A stretch of DNA of 22,830 nt from a virus (taxonomy: Duplodnaviria > Heunggongvirae > Uroviricota > Caudoviricetes). Made by a program: the position numbers and the translations under genes. Below are positions 18,562 through 22,830 of this stretch, piece by piece. Each line of letters starts with the position of its first letter. The first letter of the stretch is position 1. The stretch lies in IMG/VR virus record IMGVR_UViG_2663763054_000006; one strand, 5' to 3'. The notes beneath the pieces were generated by a model. It saw only the letters and a program-made list of their open reading frames with translations. It ran no database searches and was not told where the DNA came from.

Positions 18562-20571
18562 GCGGTGAACAGCCAGACCCGGACGCTGACGCTCGACCGT
18601 GAAATCACGCTGCCATCCTCCGGCACCACGCTGATAAGCCTGGTTGACGGGCAGGGGAATCCGGTCAGCGTGGAGGTCCAGTCCGTCACCGACGGCGTGA
18701 AGGTAAAAGTGAGCCGTGTTCCTGACGGTGTTGCTGAATACAGCGTGTGGGGGCTGAAGCTGCCGACGCTGCACCAGCGATTGTTCCGCTGCGTGAGTAT
18801 CCGTGAGAACGACGACGGCACGTATGCCATCACCGCCGTGCAGCATGTGCCGGAAAAAGAAGCCATCGTGGATAACGGGGCGCACTTTGACGGCGACCAG
18901 AGCGGCACGGTGAATGGTGTCACGCCGCCAGCGGTGCAGCACCTGACTGCCGAAGTCACCGCAGACAGCGGGGAATATCAGGTGCTGGCGCGCTGGGACA
19001 CGCCGAAGGTGGTGAAGGGCGTGAGCTTCCTGCTCCGTCTGACCGTAACAGCGGATGACGGCAGTGAGCGGCTGGTCAGCACGGCCCGGACGACGGAAAC
19101 CACTTACCGCTTCACACAACTGGCGCTGGGGAACTACAGGCTGACAGTCCGGGCAGTAAATGCGTGGGGGCAGCAGGGCGATCCGGCGTCGGTATCGTTC
19201 CGGATTGCCGCACCGGCAGCGCTGTCGCGGATTGAGCTGACGCCGGGCTATTTTCAGATAACCGCCACGCCGCATCTTGCGGTTTATGATCCGACGGTAC
19301 AGTTTGAGTTCTGGTTCTCGGAAAAGCGGATTGCGGATATCAGGCAGGTTGAAACCACAGCACGCTATCTTGGCACGGCGCTGTACTGGATAGCCGCCAG
19401 TATCAATATCAAACCGGGCCATGATTATTACTTTTATATCCGCAGTGTGAACACCGTTGGCAAATCGGCATTCGTGGAGGCTGTTGGTCAGCCGAGTGAT
19501 GATGCATCCGGTTATCTGGATTTTTTCAAAGGCGAGATAGGGAAAACCCATCTGGCTCAGGAGCTGTGGACGCAGATTGATAACGGTCAGCTTGCGCCGG
19601 ACCTGACTGAAATCAGGACGTCCATTACGAATGTCAGCAATGAAATCACGCAAACCGTCAATAAAAAACTGGAAAATCAGAGTGCTGCAATCCAGCAGAT
19701 ACAGAAAGTTCAGGTTGATACAAATAATAACCTGAACAGCATGTGGGCTGTGAAGCTGCAGCAGATGCAGGACGGACGCCTTTATATCGCGGGTATTGGT
19801 GCCGGTATTGAGAACACCCCTGACGGCATGCAGAGTCAGGTGCTGCTGGCGGCGGACAGGATTGCGATGGTTAATCCTGCGAATGGCAACACAAAACCGA
19901 TGTTTGTTGGTCAGGGCGATCAGATATTCATGAACGACGTGTTCCTGAAACGCCTGACGGCCCCCACCATTACCAGCGGTGGAAATCCATCGGCATTTTC
20001 CCTGACTCCGGACGGAAAGCTGACCGCTAAAAATGCGGATATCAGTGGCAGTGTGAATGCGAACGCCGGGACGCTCAACAATGTCACGGTAAATGAAAAC
20101 TGTACGATTAAGGGCATGCTGGAGGCGACTCAGGTCAGAGGTGACTTCGTTAAAGCTGTATCCAAATCATTTCCGAAACAGGCTGGTACGTGGGGTAACA
20201 CGGAAACACCAAACGGGACGGTTACAGTCACCATAAGCGATGATCATAACTTTGACCGCCAGATTATTATTCCGCCCATTATTTTTAACGGTATAGCGTA
20301 TGACGATCCGGGGAGCGGAAATAACCCAGGAGGCACGCGATACACGGGTTATGGTTTTGAAGTTCGCAAAAACGGCGTATTAATCGCATCCAGAGAAACT
20401 AAAGGTGCCATTCCCGGTAGTTACAGTGCAGTTATTGATATGCCTAGTGGTGGTGGTAGCGTCACTCTGGAGTTTAAGATTTTCCAGAAAGGCAATCAGG
20501 GGGCAGGCAATATCACCGACTGTACGGTGATTGTGACCAAAAAAGCGGCTTCCGGCATCAGTATTCGTTGA
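18562..20571 (+). CDS. J: J fragment aa 497 to end (about 669 aa), in frame with the preceding lom fragment through the N
   Basis: [30 protein letters not shown]... through ...[10 protein letters not shown] stop. Confidence 0.75.
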   Translation, partial: AVNSQTRTLTLDREITLPSSGTTLISLVDGQGNPVSVEVQSVTDGVKVKVSRVPDGVAEYSVWGLKLPTLHQRLFRCVSIRENDDGTYAITAVQHVPEKEAIVDNGAHFDGDQSGTVNGVTPPAVQHLTAEVTADSGEYQVLARWDTPKVVKGVSFLLRLTVTADDGSERLVSTARTTETTYRFTQLALGNYRLTVRAVNAWGQQGDPASVSFRIAAPAALSRIELTPGYFQITATPHLAVYDPTVQFEFWFSEKRIADIRQVETTARYLGTALYWIAASINIKPGHDYYFYIRSVNTVGKSAFVEAVGQPSDDASGYLDFFKGEIGKTHLAQELWTQIDNGQLAPDLTEIRTSITNVSNEITQTVNKKLENQSAAIQQIQKVQVDTNNNLNSMWAVKLQQMQDGRLYIAGIGAGIENTPDGMQSQVLLAADRIAMVNPANGNTKPMFVGQGDQIFMNDVFLKRLTAPTITSGGNPSAFSLTPDGKLTAKNADISGSVNANAGTLNNVTVNENCTIKGMLEATQVRGDFVKAVSKSFPKQAGTWGNTETPNGTVTVTISDDHNFDRQIIIPPIIFNGIAYDDPGSGNNPGGTRYTGYGFEVRKNGVLIASRETKGAIPGSYSAVIDMPSGGGSVTLEFKIFQKGNQGAGNITDCTVIVTKKAASGISIR

Positions 20572-20935
20572 AATATTTATAACCCCAATAAATGGCGTCA
20601 GGAATGACGCCTTTTTTATTGCAGAAAAGCGAGAGGTAATTATGCGTAAAGTTTGTGCAGCCATTTTGTCCGCAGCCATTTGCCTGGCCGTATCCGGTGC
20701 GCCTGCATGGGCGTCTGAACATCAGTCCACGCTGAGCGCGGGGTATCTTCATGCCCGGACCAACGTTCCCGGCAGTGATGATCTGAACGGGATTAACGTG
20801 AAATACCGTTATGAGTTTACGGATACGCTGGGGCTGGTGACGTCATTCAGCTATGCAGGAGACAAGAATCGCCAGCTGACCCGTTACAGCGATACCCGCT
20901 GGCATGAAGATTCCGTGCGTAACCGCTGGTTCAGC
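20572..20935 (+). repeat. Direct repeat of 18195-18558 (terminator plus lom 5' part), offset 2377
   Basis: Identical intergenic region, hairpin and lom N-terminal translation. Confidence 0.85.
20594..20620 (+). terminator. Rho-independent terminator after J (second copy)
   Basis: Same hairpin and T-run as 18217-18243. Confidence 0.7.
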
Positions 20936-21079
20936 GTGATGGCGGGGCCGTCTGTGCGCGTGAATGAATGGTTCAGCGCGTATGCGATGGCGGGTGTGGC
21001 TTACAGCCGTGTGTCGACTTTTTCCGGGGATTATATCCGCGTAACTGACAATAAGGGGAAAACGCACGATGTGCTGACC
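20642..21079 (+). CDS. lom: Lom-family outer membrane protein, N-terminal 146 aa, interrupted by the N run
   Basis: Continues beyond the first lom fragment (...VMAGPSVRVNEWFSAYAMAGVAYSRVSTFSGDYIRVTDNKGKTHDVLT), showing the lom body is in the data. Confidence 0.8.
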
Positions 21080-21090
21080 NNNNNNNNNNN
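21080..21090. other. Run of 11 N: gap or join between lom (aa 146) and the J C-terminal region
   Basis: Ambiguous bases flanked by unrelated genes. Confidence 0.9.
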
Positions 21091-22567
21091 CAGCACAGCC
21101 AGGACGACGGAAACCACATACCGCTTCAGGCAGCTGGCGCTGGGGAATTACAGTCTGACAGTCCGGGCGGTAAATGCCCGGGGGCAGCAGGGCGATCCGG
21201 CGTCGGTATCGTTCCGGATTGCGGCACCGGCAGCGCCTGTCACTATTGAACTGATACCGGGGTATTTTCAGATAACGGCGGTCCCGAAACTGGCTGTATA
21301 TGACCCGACGGTGCAGTTTGAGTTCTGGTTTTCGGAAAAGCGGATTGCGGATATCAGGCAGGTTGAAACCAGCGCCCGCTATCTTGGCACGGCGCTGTAC
21401 TGGATAGCCGCCAGTATCAATATCAGGCCGGGCCATGATTATTATTTTTACGTTCGCAGTGTGAACACCGTTGGCAAATCGGCATTTGTGGAGGCCATCG
21501 GTCGGGCGAGCGATGATGCAGAAGGTTATCTGAATTTTTATAAAGGGTTGATCAATAAAACGCATCTCGGCAAGGAGTTGTGGACGCAGATTGATAACGG
21601 TCAGCTTGCGCCGGACCTGACTGAAATCAGGACGTCCATTACGAATGTCAGCAATGAAATCACGCAAACCGTCAATAAAAAACTGGAAAATCAGAGTGCT
21701 GCAATCCAGCAGATACAGAAAGTTCAGGTTGATACAAATAATAACCTGAACAGCATGTGGGCTGTGAAGCTGCAACAGATGAAGGACGGACGCCTTTATA
21801 TTGCGGGTATCGGTGCCGGTATTGAGAATACGCCAGCAGGAATGCAGAGTCAGGTGCTGCTGGCGGCAGACAGGATTGCGATGATTAATCCTGCGAATGG
21901 CAACACAAAGCCGATGTTTGTTGGTCAGGGCGATCAGATATTCATGAACGACGTGTTCCTGAAATGCCTGACGGCTCCGACCATTACCAGCGGCGGTAAT
22001 CCTCCGGCATTTTCCCTGACACCTGGCGGACGGCTGACGGCGAAAAATGCCGATATCAGCGGTAACGTGAACGCGAACTCCGGGACGCTCAACAACGTCA
22101 CGATTAATAAGAACTGTCGGGTTCTGGGAAAATTGTCCGCGAACCAGATTGAAGGCGATCTCGTTAAAACAGTGGGCAAACCTTTCCCACGGGACTCCCG
22201 GGCACCGGAGAGGTGGCCATCAGGGACCATTACCGTCAGGGTTTATGACGATCAGCCGTTTGATCGGCAAATTGTTATTCCCGCGGTGGCGTTTCGCGGT
22301 GCTAAACATGAGCGGAAGAATAACAATATTTATTCGTCATGCCGCCTGATAGTGAAGAAAAACGGTGCTGAAATTTATAACCGAACGACCCTGGATAATA
22401 CGCTGATATATACGGGTGTTATTGATATGCCTGCCGGTCACGGTCACATGACGCTGGAGTTTTCTGTATCGGCATGGCTGGTAAATGGCTGGTATCCCAC
22501 AGCAAGTATCAGCGATTTGCTGGTTGTGGTGATGAAGAAAGCCACTGCAGGCATCACGATTAGCTGA
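21091..22567 (+). CDS. J: J C-terminal fragment carrying the alternative receptor-binding module (ends ...[16 protein letters not shown])
   Basis: Upstream part is highly similar to the other J alleles; the last 150 aa or so (from about [19 protein letters not shown]) is strongly divergent from the ...ASGISIR module. Confidence 0.75.
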
Positions 22568-22586
22568 ATTTTATAACCCAGATACG

Positions 22587-22613
22587 GGCACCAGAAATGG
22601 TGCCTTTTTTATT
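22587..22613 (+). terminator. Rho-independent terminator after J, variant stem (GGCACCA-GAAA-TGGTGCC plus TTTTTTATT)
   Basis: Stem differs from 18217-18234 at paired positions, with complementarity preserved. Confidence 0.7.
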
Positions 22614-22634
22614 GCAGAAAAGCGAGAGGTAATT

Positions 22635-22830
22635 ATGCGTAAAGTTTGTGCAGCCATTTTGTCCGCAGCCATTTGCCTGGCCGTATCCGGTGCGCCTGCA
22701 TGGGCGTCTGAACATCAGTCCACGCTGAGCGCGGGGTATCTTCATGCCCGGACCAACGTTCCCGGCAGTGATGATCTGAACGGGATTAACGTGAAATACC
22801 GTTATGAGTTTACGGATACGCTGGGGCTGG
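22635..22830 (+). CDS. lom: Lom-family outer membrane protein, third copy, 5' part (runs off the window end)
   Basis: Identical N-terminal translation to the other lom copies; GAGAGG SD at 22624-22629. Confidence 0.8.
   Translation, partial: MRKVCAAILSAAICLAVSGAPAWASEHQSTLSAGYLHARTNVPGSDDLNGINVKYRYEFTDTLGL

Noticed and set aside
1-22830. CRISPR array, or a diversity-generating retroelement acting on J
   Set aside because: The repeats are kilobase-scale copies of whole genes, not short spacer-separated direct repeats. No reverse transcriptase, cas genes or adenine-specific variation pattern is visible; the differences between J copies look like ordinary allelic substitutions.
1-22830. Insertion sequence or transposase, integrase, toxin-antitoxin or defence-system genes
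   Set aside because: No ORF in any frame shows transposase, integrase, nuclease or ATPase motifs. Every substantial + strand ORF is accounted for by H', M, L, K, I, J or lom.

Overview
The window contains the tail-tip gene module of a lambda-like siphovirus prophage (tape-measure H C-terminal fragment, then M, L, K, I, J and the lom outer-membrane moron, all on the + strand), but not as one colinear locus. It holds at least three allelic versions of the module joined head-to-tail, with J, K, I and lom fragments spliced to one another. Six breakpoints coincide exactly with N characters (3623, 7921, 12008, 15923, 18560, 21080-21090) and two more sit on 10-11 nt microhomologies (10224-10233, 14241-14251). 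The most economical reading is a chimeric or collapsed assembly of several co-resident lambdoid prophages, or a deliberately concatenated sequence, rather than a real locus. No complete J gene exists in the window; the 2070-aa ORF is J with internally re-used segments. I found no convincing novel defence, toxin or mobile system. The points of real biological interest are two divergent J C-terminal (receptor-binding) modules, a K reading frame that is open upstream of an internal SD-preceded ATG, two length variants of I, and post-J terminators with compensatory stem changes. Long antisense ORFs across J are treated as artefacts. All identifications rest on reading the translations and recalled family features; no database search was run.
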